A stretch of DNA of 40,117 nt from a virus (Duplodnaviria; Caudoviricetes): the IMG/VR virus record IMGVR_UViG_3300033493_000005, positions 1 through 40,117 of that record, one strand, 5' to 3'. The position numbers were made by a program, and so were the translations under genes. The notes below the pieces were generated by a model that was not told the origin of the DNA, ran no database searches, and saw nothing but the letters and a program-made list of their open reading frames with translations. The stretch's first letter is position 1, and each line of letters starts with the position of its first letter. Shown in pieces: positions 10,822 through 18,633 of the stretch.

Positions 10822-11879
10822 TGGCCACCGCGTGGTTAGTCTGCAACGCAGACGGGTTTGCGCTGAACCGCATGCTCCGATGCGTGCACGACGTGATCCG
10901 GGTCAACACAGGTCACGGTTATCCGCGCGGCTCCCGTAACGACTTGTTGGCCCTGCAGCACAACGATATCACAGCGACGCATATCCGTGTTGATGACGAC
11001 GTGCAGGCCATGATCGCCGCTGAGATAGCCGCACCGAGTGGAGCCATTGGCCCGGGAGAACTAGCAACACTCACGTATGTATACGACCACAGGATCGCAT
11101 CTCCGCCGGATGGTGTCGTGCAGCCCATTCGACTCGATTGGACCGGCGGAGACTATATGCTGGTGGTCCTAATTGGTCAAAGCAACTCATGCGCGCAGCA
11201 CGAATACACGATCACGGACGCGCCAACAGAGGAGCGCGGCGAGCTGTTGGGTAGTCTAGGGAATTGGTTCGTCTTCAATGGTGGCTTAGCATCAACCCCA
11301 GGATGGCGGCGCACGCAGCCCCCGCTGTTCAACGACACAGGGTTGCGAGCTGGATCGTGTGGGGTTGCGATGGTGGCGCACCTGTTGCAGACGATTCCGC
11401 GCGTGGCATACCTGCACTACGGCGCTGGCGGTACAGCAGTGGGAACCGATTGGGTTCCAGGCGGCAGCACCAGGTCAGAGTTTGACGCATTTTTGCGATC
11501 TGGTGTCGCATCTTTTCCGCATCCGATCACTAGCGCTGCGATAGTGATGGGCAATGGGGAATCAGATTGCGCAACGACGGCGCTAGCGAACGCGCATCAG
11601 GCAAATCTAACAGAACTGACGGCTAGCATTAGATCCGCGATCGGTTTCCCGACTGCGCGATTGGTGATTCATGGGCTCGATCCGAACCTAGCCTCGGGAG
11701 GATCGTGGCCGTATACATCAGAAGTGATGGCGGCACAATCCGCGATGGTAGCCGCTGATATAAACGCTCGACTAGTGAGCGGAGTCGGATTTCTCGACGG
11801 CGGTGTGATCCCCCACGCGACGTTCGCAGAGGCCCGCGCTTTCGGCATCGCTGCCGCCGACGCAATCACTGGAACCTAA
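10821..11879 (+). CDS. SGNH hydrolase, sialate O-acetylesterase/CE6-like
   Basis: LIGQSN (block I), GGT..W (block II), GNGESD (block III), C-terminal D..H; TAATG overlap gives start 10821. Confidence 0.75.
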   Translation: MATAWLVCNADGFALNRMLRCVHDVIRVNTGHGYPRGSRNDLLALQHNDITATHIRVDDDVQAMIAAEIAAPSGAIGPGELATLTYVYDHRIASPPDGVVQPIRLDWTGGDYMLVVLIGQSNSCAQHEYTITDAPTEERGELLGSLGNWFVFNGGLASTPGWRRTQPPLFNDTGLRAGSCGVAMVAHLLQTIPRVAYLHYGAGGTAVGTDWVPGGSTRSEFDAFLRSGVASFPHPITSAAIVMGNGESDCATTALANAHQANLTELTASIRSAIGFPTARLVIHGLDPNLASGGSWPYTSEVMAAQSAMVAADINARLVSGVGFLDGGVIPHATFAEARAFGIAAADAITGT

Positions 11880-11948
11880 CCCATGCCTCACCCCCTCACC
11901 CCGACCATTGACGCCGCAGCAGGCGGAATGAAAGAAAGAAAAATCCCA

Positions 11949-12137
11949 ATGAAACTAATTCAAATCTCTCTATTGATCCTCACCGTTGCTAGCTGCGCCG
12001 CATGGGTTCCGACGCCTACGCACCCGTGTCCAAATCTGTATTGCGCGGAATGGACAGTCGCGGGAACCGATGTTATGATTTGCGCTGAGACCAAGGAAGC
12101 ATTGCAGCTCAAGATCAGGAGTTTGAAAGCACAATGA
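11949..12137 (+). CDS. Small putative lipoprotein
   Basis: MKLIQISLLILTVAS-C signal peptide/lipobox; Cys-containing mature part. Confidence 0.5.
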   Translation: MKLIQISLLILTVASCAAWVPTPTHPCPNLYCAEWTVAGTDVMICAETKEALQLKIRSLKAQ

Positions 12138-13066
12138 TCCGAATTCTTACACTTCTTATTTCGCTGCTGCTTGTCGGTTGGAGTTGCGGACCAAAGCCAC
12201 AACCGGTTCCGCCGGCACCCATTGCCTCCGGAGGCTCGGTATCGACGGGCGGTTCGCTCGCAATTGGCGGCATCGTTGCCGCTGCTGGAATGCCAACCCC
12301 ATGGACAGCGGCGGGGACGGCTCCCATTGCAGAGGACTGGCCGGCGTGCGAACCGCCGACGAAGAAAGCACGCCCCGTTGTGCGGCACAAGCTGGGCAGA
12401 CACCGCGGAGCGATCACCAAACGAGCCAAGGCTAGCTACACTGTACTATCGCTTCCTGATGCCGCATGGCCTCCGCTGCTAGATTCGTTGAATCAGCGTG
12501 ACGTTGGAGCATGCACCGGATTTGCCGTACTGCAATGCAGGCTGACTACTCGATGGCTGTGGTCAGGCACATCCGACCTAGAGGCTCTAGATTTGATAGC
12601 TCTTGGGATCTACGCCGGGGCAACAAAACGCGATTCGTTCGCCGGTTCGTGGCCTCCGAATGACACGGGTTCCACCGGAGAATTCGCGCTCGATGAAGCC
12701 GTGGCCCAAGGGTACTTTTCTGGCTACGCTGCGGTGACTTCGTTTGAAGAGCTGCAATACGCATTGCAGCATCAACCGTGCATTACCGGTACCGATTGGC
12801 CTGAGGGGTTTTTCGCTCCTGACCGCTGCGGCGCTGTCAAGAGAACCGGTGCTATTGCTGGCGGCCATGAATGGGTAATTGAGGGCATTCGATACGAGAC
12901 CAAGCAAATATTGGGACGCACTTCGTGGGGTGATTTCGGCGCGAAGTGGCGCAAGAAGTCTGGGTTCTTTTGGGTTACGTTCGGCGACTTCAACGCGCTA
13001 CTTGACGCCGGAGGAGACATCCATTGTCCACGAACCTCGGAAGCAGAGATGACGTATGGACCATAA
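12134..13066 (+). CDS. Papain-like (C1) cysteine peptidase with putative lipoprotein signal
   Basis: LNQRDVGACTGFA (Gln/Cys), GGHEWVI (His), RTSWG (NSWG position); N-terminal hydrophobic stretch ending VGWSC then a Pro-rich linker. Confidence 0.75.
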   Translation: MIRILTLLISLLLVGWSCGPKPQPVPPAPIASGGSVSTGGSLAIGGIVAAAGMPTPWTAAGTAPIAEDWPACEPPTKKARPVVRHKLGRHRGAITKRAKASYTVLSLPDAAWPPLLDSLNQRDVGACTGFAVLQCRLTTRWLWSGTSDLEALDLIALGIYAGATKRDSFAGSWPPNDTGSTGEFALDEAVAQGYFSGYAAVTSFEELQYALQHQPCITGTDWPEGFFAPDRCGAVKRTGAIAGGHEWVIEGIRYETKQILGRTSWGDFGAKWRKKSGFFWVTFGDFNALLDAGGDIHCPRTSEAEMTYGP

Positions 13067-13337
13067 AATGCGCTCAGCCATCCACGACACTTGGCCGTGT
13101 CCGGCAAACGGAGTTGAGGAAAGTGAGCTAAGCGAACGCCAGTCGCTATCGCTCCTTCATCTCAAACTAGACGTGTTGGGGCGCGAGTCATTCCAGCAAT
13201 CGAATGAGATTAGAGAGATCAAGGCAGATCTCTCTTTGGTTCAGCACGAAGTAAATCGCCACGGATGCAGACTTGGGCTGACAGAGGTTCCAACGGAAAC
13301 CGTTCCGGAGTCAGAACTCAAATACGTGAAGTACTAA
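13056..13337 (+). CDS. Hypothetical coiled-coil protein (lysis region)
   Basis: Overlap-coupled ORF with a heptad pattern. Confidence 0.5.
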   Translation: MDHKMRSAIHDTWPCPANGVEESELSERQSLSLLHLKLDVLGRESFQQSNEIREIKADLSLVQHEVNRHGCRLGLTEVPTETVPESELKYVKY

Positions 13338-13822
13338 TGACAACTTCAGCTGAACTACGACAAGCGCTATGCTCGCTAGCCGCGTCTCAAGAGGGGACCA
13401 AGGGAGCTGATAAGTACTGGAAAGAAGTGCTGCAAAAAGATTGGCAGGGCCCATATCCGCGTCACTGGTGCGGCGGATTCGCCCTGTGGTGCCTGCACAT
13501 TTCTATTGGGTGCGATTGGTTGTGGGGGTTCGGTAAACATTCCGGTTTTCTATGGAGATTACAGAAGACCAAAGATCCGCAGCCGGGGGATATCTGTTAT
13601 CAGGCTGAACCGTACCAACACCATGCCGTACTGCTTGCTCGCGGAATTGATGGATCCACTACATCGCAAGATGGAAACCAAGGCGCTGCCCCGGGCGAAT
13701 GCAAACGAGTGTATCGAGCGCACCCTAGATGGACAGCGCACTATTCGATTCAGCCGCTGATAGATGCTGAGATAGCGAGATTAGGAGCAGCAAATGCAGG
13801 AACGCCCACCGTCGATAGCTGA
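13337..13822 (+). CDS. CHAP-family amidase/peptidase, probable endolysin
   Basis: HWCGGFALW, PQPGDI, HHAVL and QDGNQ motifs; TAATG start. Confidence 0.75.
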   Translation: MTTSAELRQALCSLAASQEGTKGADKYWKEVLQKDWQGPYPRHWCGGFALWCLHISIGCDWLWGFGKHSGFLWRLQKTKDPQPGDICYQAEPYQHHAVLLARGIDGSTTSQDGNQGAAPGECKRVYRAHPRWTAHYSIQPLIDAEIARLGAANAGTPTVDS

Positions 13823-14129
13823 TCACCGAGATGATGGCGGAGTGGTGAGCCCGCTAGAATTCGCGGTGCTGCAAGCGGCTGCAAAAGATCAAGAGGATCG
13901 AATCAAGAGACTAGAAAGCGTGCTGCTCGGGAGTGATCCGCCGCCCGCGTCGAGCTCTCTGGACGTGACCGTGAGTCGAGAGAAGGGCGTTCGTTTGCGT
14001 GGTAGCTCATTCGCTATCGCAATGCTGCTCGCCGCTCTCGGTGGGCTGGCGGCTATCACTTACGCGGCCACGAAGTGGGGACCGCCGGCACGATGGCAGC
14101 AGGCGGCCGAGGGGGCTGGAGGGCACTAG
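13794..14129 (+). CDS. Membrane protein, possible holin/lysis accessory
   Basis: Coiled coil followed by one hydrophobic segment (FAIAMLLAALGGLAAITYAA); adjacent to the CHAP gene. Confidence 0.45.
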   Translation: MQERPPSIADHRDDGGVVSPLEFAVLQAAAKDQEDRIKRLESVLLGSDPPPASSSLDVTVSREKGVRLRGSSFAIAMLLAALGGLAAITYAATKWGPPARWQQAAEGAGGH

Positions 14130-14150
14130 TCTGGCCCCGGCGCGCACTCA

Positions 14151-14234
14151 TTATCGAACAGATAAATCGGTAGTGACGGCGGATCGTTATCGGTGAGATT
14201 AGCTGGCGGGTTTTCGTCATAATCGGGCCGATAC
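14151..14234. promoter_or_regulatory. Three related 15-bp imperfect palindromes (TWATC-N5-GATWM)
   Basis: TTATCGAACAGATAA 14151-65, TTATCGGTGAGATTA 14187-201, TAATCGGGCCGATAC 14220-34. Confidence 0.45.
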
Positions 14235-14283
14235 ACAGGCTTGGTTTTCATCCATCTACTGTGCGCCACGTTGTCATGTCTTT

Positions 14284-14505
14284 TCATTCTGCTCTCCGTT
14301 TCCGCGACCTGGTATCAGGCCTACCCTTGCGTCGCGAGGTGCATGCTCTGCAGATGCTAGCGTAGCCGTCAGGAGACCATTTTGCGCGGTGATAGTCAGA
14401 CGGAGGCAGCCATTCGCCGCACCCCGACGAGCCCTCGTAGCGTCCGCAACGACGCAGGCGATCGGGAGGGCATTCGAGGCGCGGCAGGGCGACTCGGCCG
14501 GTCAT
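14284..14505 (-). CDS. Small Cys-rich Zn-binding protein (resembles HNH-associated Zn module)
   Basis: RRC...CGEWLPPSDY....SPDGYASICRAC; ATGA-coupled start at 14505. Confidence 0.55.
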   Translation of the reverse strand: MTGRVALPRLECPPDRLRRCGRYEGSSGCGEWLPPSDYHRAKWSPDGYASICRACTSRRKGRPDTRSRKRRAE

Positions 14506-14759
14506 GATTTCCCTGGTGGCCTGAGCGGCTTCGTTGAGATGATCCGATCTAGGTTTTCGGCCTCGCGCGAACGTGTATCCTTGCGCAATTGATTTTCCCT
14601 CGCAGCCTTTTTGGCTGGGCGGATTAGCTTGGAGCACGCCCGATTCGCTCCGTAGTGCGTGCCACCCATTGCCGCGGCTGTGCGCTCTTCAATGGCTGCA
14701 TGAGCGCCGTGCGGATCGCGTCGTATCGGGGAATTCCAGACTCGGGAAGATTTCCTCAT
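14502..14759 (-). CDS. Hypothetical basic protein
   Basis: ATGA overlaps at both ends in the leftward operon. Confidence 0.4.
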   Translation of the reverse strand: MRKSSRVWNSPIRRDPHGAHAAIEERTAAAMGGTHYGANRACSKLIRPAKKAARENQLRKDTRSREAENLDRIISTKPLRPPGKS

Positions 14760-15034
14760 TTCCCAGTCCTCTCATGCCACCGCTTCCACTTCACTTCAAT
14801 CTCAGCGGTCGTCCGGTAGATTTCTCGCTCGGACCGTCCGCAGCTATCGGTCGCCCAATCACCGTGGGCGGCGCGGAGCTCTCGTAGAGCGGAGAGCGCG
14901 GACCGCGCGTCACCGAGGTGCACGGCAGCGTCCAGCATTGTCTGTGAGCCCTCGGCCATGGTCAGGGAGTGAGCTACGGTGCCGAGCAGGCGGGCTCGTT
15001 GGGCGCCGACTGATGGGGCGAGATGGGTACTCAC
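14756..15034 (-). CDS. Hypothetical protein
   Basis: Coupled ORF in the leftward early operon. Confidence 0.5.
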   Translation of the reverse strand: MSTHLAPSVGAQRARLLGTVAHSLTMAEGSQTMLDAAVHLGDARSALSALRELRAAHGDWATDSCGRSEREIYRTTAEIEVKWKRWHERTGK

Positions 15035-15333
15035 TAGCTGCAGTATTCATGGACTAGCTCCGTGGGCGCACCTGCGACGGGCTCCGTGCGCGCCAGCACA
15101 TACCGAGGGTGTGACGTGCGAGACACCAGCACCACGCGCGCTGGCTGACGATGCGTCCGTACGATGCGACGATAGGACGGGGTGAGCATCAGGTCTCCCA
15201 CTGAGGTGTACCTAGCCTCTCCCACGCACTCCGGCGCCGTGTAAAATGTGCCGCGCCAGTCGCGCGGAGGGCAGCAGACGCGGACTCGGACATCACCAGA
15301 TGCTGTCGATAGTGTTCGGTAGGTGTGCGTCAT
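15034..15333 (-). CDS. Hypothetical protein
   Basis: Preceded by a hairpin and GAGAGGA RBS. Confidence 0.55.
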   Translation of the reverse strand: MTHTYRTLSTASGDVRVRVCCPPRDWRGTFYTAPECVGEARYTSVGDLMLTPSYRRIVRTHRQPARVVLVSRTSHPRYVLARTEPVAGAPTELVHEYCS

Positions 15334-15340
15334 GATGTAT

Positions 15341-15390
15341 ATTTCCTCTCAACGCCCCAAGCCCCTCGGCCAGCGAAGGCGGAGGGGCGG
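15341..15390 (-). repeat. Hairpin+RBS intergenic cassette, leftward copy
   Basis: Reverse complement CCGCCCCTCCG..CCGAGGGGCTTGGGGCGTTGAGAGGAAAT resembles the copy at 16750. Confidence 0.7.
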
Positions 15391-15402
15391 AATGCGGGAA
15401 CG

Positions 15403-15657
15403 TCAGGTGGCTTCCACGGCCGCGATCAAATCGGCAGGAACGCTGTCATCCCACTCGCCTAGCGTCCAGGTGCCATCAGTATCCCAGCACACCGGCACCG
15501 GTACCATACCGTCATCTACGACAGCATAGACCCGGGCGTGTTGTGATCTGAGGCTGTGCGCTTTTTTTGCGGCCGCATCTAGCGAGCGGTGATTGCTGAC
15601 GATGCCGCTAATGTAGGTACTGCGGACTACGTATTGGACTCTGCTGGTTTTGGTCAT
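15403..15657 (-). CDS. Hypothetical protein, first gene of the leftward operon
   Basis: GAGAGGA RBS directly downstream of a sigma54-like promoter. Confidence 0.6.
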   Translation of the reverse strand: MTKTSRVQYVVRSTYISGIVSNHRSLDAAAKKAHSLRSQHARVYAVVDDGMVPVPVCWDTDGTWTLGEWDDSVPADLIAAVEAT

Positions 15658-15686
15658 GATGTTGTGTCCTCTCGAGTCCTAGCTAT

Positions 15687-15703
15687 TGCATCCCTCATGC
15701 CAA
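15687..15703 (-). promoter_or_regulatory. sigma54 (-24/-12) promoter, leftward
   Basis: TTGGCATGAGGGATGCA: GG-N10-GC spacing, close to the YTGGCACG-N4-TTGCW consensus. Confidence 0.6.
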
Positions 15704-15722
15704 CTTGGCCCAAATCCTGATT

Positions 15723-15739
15723 TTGGCACGCCGTGCGCA
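15723..15739 (+). promoter_or_regulatory. Possible additional sigma54 site
   Basis: TTGGCACGCCGTGCGCA: perfect -24 box, GG-N10-GC, weak -12. Confidence 0.35.
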
Positions 15740-15871
15740 AACATCCGTAAATAGTGAGAGACCCCCTACAGAGCGACCTGGACCGAGCCCTCGGAGCCCT
15801 CCGAATCTGCGAGATTTCGCCAAGCCTGCTGGCCGAGGTGTCCCAGTTATCGGAGCTAGTTCGTTCAGGTA

Positions 15872-15990
15872 TGACAGAAATGTCGTGCGAAAACCCCGCT
15901 GATTTAGAATCGGTTGAAAACCGCGACACCAATGTCATAGGGAAACCTCGTGGGATTGGGAAGGGGACCGAAACCGCGACACGTAAGTCA
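15872..15990. promoter_or_regulatory. Three phased YGACA-N4-WGTCR palindromes (operator/enhancer array)
   Basis: 15872-85, 15924-37, 15977-90; spacing 52 and 53 bp; copies 2 and 3 share flanks AAACCG and TA. Confidence 0.65.
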
Positions 15991-16043
15991 TACCCTAAGA
16001 ATCCAGCGGCCCGCGCGGTCCGCTAAATCGTCGACAAATGATG

Positions 16044-16060
16044 TTGGCACGCTCCTCGCA
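16044..16060 (+). promoter_or_regulatory. sigma54 (-24/-12) promoter, rightward
   Basis: TTGGCACGCTCCTCGCA, one mismatch to consensus; shares GTTGGCA...GCAATA with the leftward promoter. Confidence 0.65.
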
Positions 16061-16185
16061 ATACATCTAATCGTCGGACGCAACGAGACCTGGGACCCCG
16101 AGAGCCCGAGACAGACAGCAGCCGATCACCCTTGGGGGTCAGGAAGGTAGAGAGGGCCCCACCCGAGCTAACAGGACGAAAGCAA

Positions 16186-16252
16186 ACCCCGACCGCTCCG
16201 CACCCGAAAGGGCCGGGGCTTTCGGGGTGTCAGTAGAGAGGAAATCACAATG
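16186..16252 (+). repeat. Hairpin+RBS intergenic cassette
   Basis: 16215-16252 is 37/38 identical to 16779-16816; ACCCCGA/TCGGGGT and GCTCCG/CGGGGC stems with a GAAA loop. Confidence 0.8.
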
Positions 16253-16444
16253 GCAAAACTAGACGCCTCCGATTTTTGCACGCTCGAGACCATGCCGGAT
16301 TGTCACCGTGCGTCGCATCGCGCTGCCGGCAACTGGGGGATCTACCCGGTCAATGGTGCAGTCCGTGAGCGCATGCTCCGGAGCGAGGCCGAGGAAATCG
16401 TCGAGGCGGATGCAGACGGCTATGACCATATCGTCAATGACTAG
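16250..16444 (+). CDS. Hypothetical early protein
   Basis: Strong RBS from the cassette; 64 aa. Confidence 0.65.
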   Translation: MAKLDASDFCTLETMPDCHRASHRAAGNWGIYPVNGAVRERMLRSEAEEIVEADADGYDHIVND

Positions 16445-16459
16445 ACAGGAGGCTGATTC

Positions 16460-16514
16460 TGCCCCGCCCCGGTAGGCCTAGAGCCCCGGGGCATAGGGCA
16501 TTGAGGACAGCATC
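16460..16514 (+). repeat. Hairpin+RBS intergenic cassette, diverged copy
   Basis: TGCCC/GGGCA and GCCCCGG/CCGGGGC stems, then GAGGA RBS. Confidence 0.6.
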
Positions 16515-16736
16515 ATGGCAAGTCGAATATTCGCGACAGATGATCAATGGGTAGAGCGGGTTACGGACGGAGCCGATCCCGGGGTGCGCTACTACGATGG
16601 CGTTCAGCGCGGATTTGTGCCCGCGCACCCTCGTACGCGCATCGGTGTGGCAACGGAAGCGGAAATGGCCGAGGCGATGGCAGAGGCTAAGAAGCGACTC
16701 CGAGATCGGCGTGAGTGGTGCTTGTCACGGTCATAG
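16515..16736 (+). CDS. Hypothetical early protein
   Basis: GAGGA RBS; 73 aa. Confidence 0.65.
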   Translation: MASRIFATDDQWVERVTDGADPGVRYYDGVQRGFVPAHPRTRIGVATEAEMAEAMAEAKKRLRDRREWCLSRS

Positions 16737-16749
16737 TAGGCATACGGAT

Positions 16750-16816
16750 ACACCCCCGCCCCTCCGACTCCGGTCCGAGGGGCTTTCGGGGTGTCAGCAG
16801 AGAGGAAATCACAATG
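16750..16816 (+). repeat. Hairpin+RBS intergenic cassette
   Basis: ACACCCC/GGGGTGT and GCCCCTC/GAGGGGC stems, then GAGAGGAAATCACAATG. Confidence 0.8.
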
Positions 16817-17005
16817 AAAGAATTACTGGACGCGTGCAGTCGGCTACGCGCAGCACGGTCAGGAATCGACGAAGCGTCATATCTAGTCGACCATATAGAC
16901 TTCCCTCGAGAGTACGCGTTGATCATCGCCGCGGCGGACGCGGTGAACGCGGCTCACAACGCAATCGTTATGCGTTGCACGCTAAGTGGCCCGACTCGAC
17001 ATTAG
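16814..17005 (+). CDS. Hypothetical early protein
   Basis: Cassette RBS defines ATG 16814; helical, 63 aa. Confidence 0.6.
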   Translation: MKELLDACSRLRAARSGIDEASYLVDHIDFPREYALIIAAADAVNAAHNAIVMRCTLSGPTRH

Positions 17006-17013
17006 GTGAAGCA

Positions 17014-17277
17014 ATGAGCCCGCAAACCCGCGAAGCAATCGAACGCGCTGTCATCAATGACCGCAATGAGCAGGCGTCAAAAATCCTGTACATGCTAGAC
17101 GACCTGCTGCCCGTGTATTCGGATGCGACGATCACAATGGCTCGCGACTTGTCGTCTGGATTGACGGTCGTGAGACACTCTGAATACGGATCATTTCGCG
17201 GAGTGACCGCGCGAGACGCATTCGCGCAACTCACTCAGCGTGCTGATTTGGCGCCGGAAACTGAGAGGTCAAAATGA
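17014..17277 (+). CDS. Hypothetical early protein
   Basis: AGGTG RBS before ATG 17014 (C-terminal part of track ORF 16597-17277). Confidence 0.55.
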   Translation: MSPQTREAIERAVINDRNEQASKILYMLDDLLPVYSDATITMARDLSSGLTVVRHSEYGSFRGVTARDAFAQLTQRADLAPETERSK

Positions 17278-17474
17278 AACTTGACCCGCTAATTTCCGGC
17301 GACCGCTCGAAAGCACTACGTAATCTCGAATCGATCCAACGCAATAGACCGCTCAAGCCACCTGTAAATTCCGCGCTACGACGGGACGAAGGTGCCGTGC
17401 TGCCGCAGCACCATGGTCCCGTCCTAGGGCGGAATTTCCCGCTCAAAAAACGCAAGAAAGAAAGCTTCGAGTGA
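17274..17474 (+). CDS. Hypothetical basic protein
   Basis: ATGA coupling, GAGG RBS. Confidence 0.45.
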   Translation: MKLDPLISGDRSKALRNLESIQRNRPLKPPVNSALRRDEGAVLPQHHGPVLGRNFPLKKRKKESFE

Positions 17475-17718
17475 TTCGCTAGGATAACCCTATCGTCAAA
17501 TATCGCAGCAAAGCCCGTCCCGTCGGATTGTTACGGGAATCCGGCGGGGCATTAGGGGATCCATTGAGTGACACCGGAAGCCACGTCAGCGCAGGCTCAT
17601 GACCTAGGATCTCCACTGGATCGGTCGGAGTGTTTCCGACGCAAGGATCGCCGCACCGGAAACCGGTTCCTTCTTCCAATGTGCTTCGACCGACCAACTA
17701 CTCACATAAACAACCGAC

Positions 17719-18633
17719 ATGTCACGACACCTCAACATTATTACCAATTCATCCGCAGGCCGTTACCAAACGTGCCCAATGTCGTACTACTATCGGCACA
17801 TCGTAAAGATAGCGCCAAAAGAATCAGCGCTAGCGCTATCGTTCGGCAGTTGCGCCCATGACTGGCTACAACATTTTTGGCTCGAAAGGGTGAAGCCACC
17901 AGACTATTCGCAGCTAGATCCGTTCGAGCAAGCGCGACTCCGCGCAATGCTACGTGGGTACGACCTCAGGTGGCGCGAATTCGTTTTCGATTGCGAGGTC
18001 ATTGGAACAGAAATCGAAGGCAAGGTTCCGCTGGTAAATCCTGAAACAGGAGCGAAGTCGACTTACTGGGAGGTTGCATTCAAGATCGATGCCCTGTATC
18101 GACTAGCAGGCGAACTGATCATCGAGGAGCATAAGACCAGTCGCGACACTTCCGACGGCTACTTCGAGCGGCTGCGAATGGACTCGCAGATTTCGACATA
18201 TCTGATGGCCACGAAATCGAAAGGCTATGGCGAGCCGGATGGCGTTGAGTACGACGTGCTCAAGAAACCCGCGCTCCGTCCGTACGAGGTAGGCAAGAAA
18301 CGAACTGTCGCCGAAACTCCCAACGAATTCGAAGCTCGATGTTTCGATGCGATTTCGGAAGCTCCGGACGAATACTATCAGCACTATCGCGTGGTGCGGC
18401 TAGAGTCGGAGGTCGTCAAGGCGGCGAAGTCTATCTGGGCAGTCGCAAAGCAGATCAGAGAATCGATCAATGACGACTGCTGGCCGCAGAACTCGCGAGC
18501 TTGCCGAAACGAGTACGGAAGATTCTGCGAGTACTGGCCGATATGCTCGGGTCGCTCGAATCCAGAAGACTCGATGATTTATGAAAACAGAGAACCGTTT
18601 GAAGAGATTTCAAGAGAGGTGATTGAACAGTGA
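17719..18633 (+). CDS. PD-(D/E)XK Cas4/RecB-like exonuclease
   Basis: S.S...YQTCP, KIDAL...IIEEHKT, Q...Y, and three C-terminal Cys (Fe-S-type arrangement). Confidence 0.82.
   Translation: MSRHLNIITNSSAGRYQTCPMSYYYRHIVKIAPKESALALSFGSCAHDWLQHFWLERVKPPDYSQLDPFEQARLRAMLRGYDLRWREFVFDCEVIGTEIEGKVPLVNPETGAKSTYWEVAFKIDALYRLAGELIIEEHKTSRDTSDGYFERLRMDSQISTYLMATKSKGYGEPDGVEYDVLKKPALRPYEVGKKRTVAETPNEFEARCFDAISEAPDEYYQHYRVVRLESEVVKAAKSIWAVAKQIRESINDDCWPQNSRACRNEYGRFCEYWPICSGRSNPEDSMIYENREPFEEISREVIEQ

Noticed and set aside
15654-16150. Track ORFs 15654-15938, 15705-15902, 15754-16026 and 15950-16150
   Set aside because: No clear RBS, mostly alternative starts, and they overlay the promoter/palindrome region; likely non-coding
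16085-16183. HDV-like/theta or hammerhead ribozyme (GCTAACAGG, GACGAAA)
   Set aside because: Could not build P1/P3/L3 of an HDV fold, and the hammerhead CTGANGA core is absent
15341-16816. CRISPR array or integron attC cassettes
   Set aside because: The repeats are separated by whole genes, vary internally and lack attC RYYYAAC/GTTRRRY ends; no integrase
17719-18633. CRISPR-associated Cas4
   Set aside because: No array or other cas genes; the Sak4/SSB context indicates a recombination exonuclease
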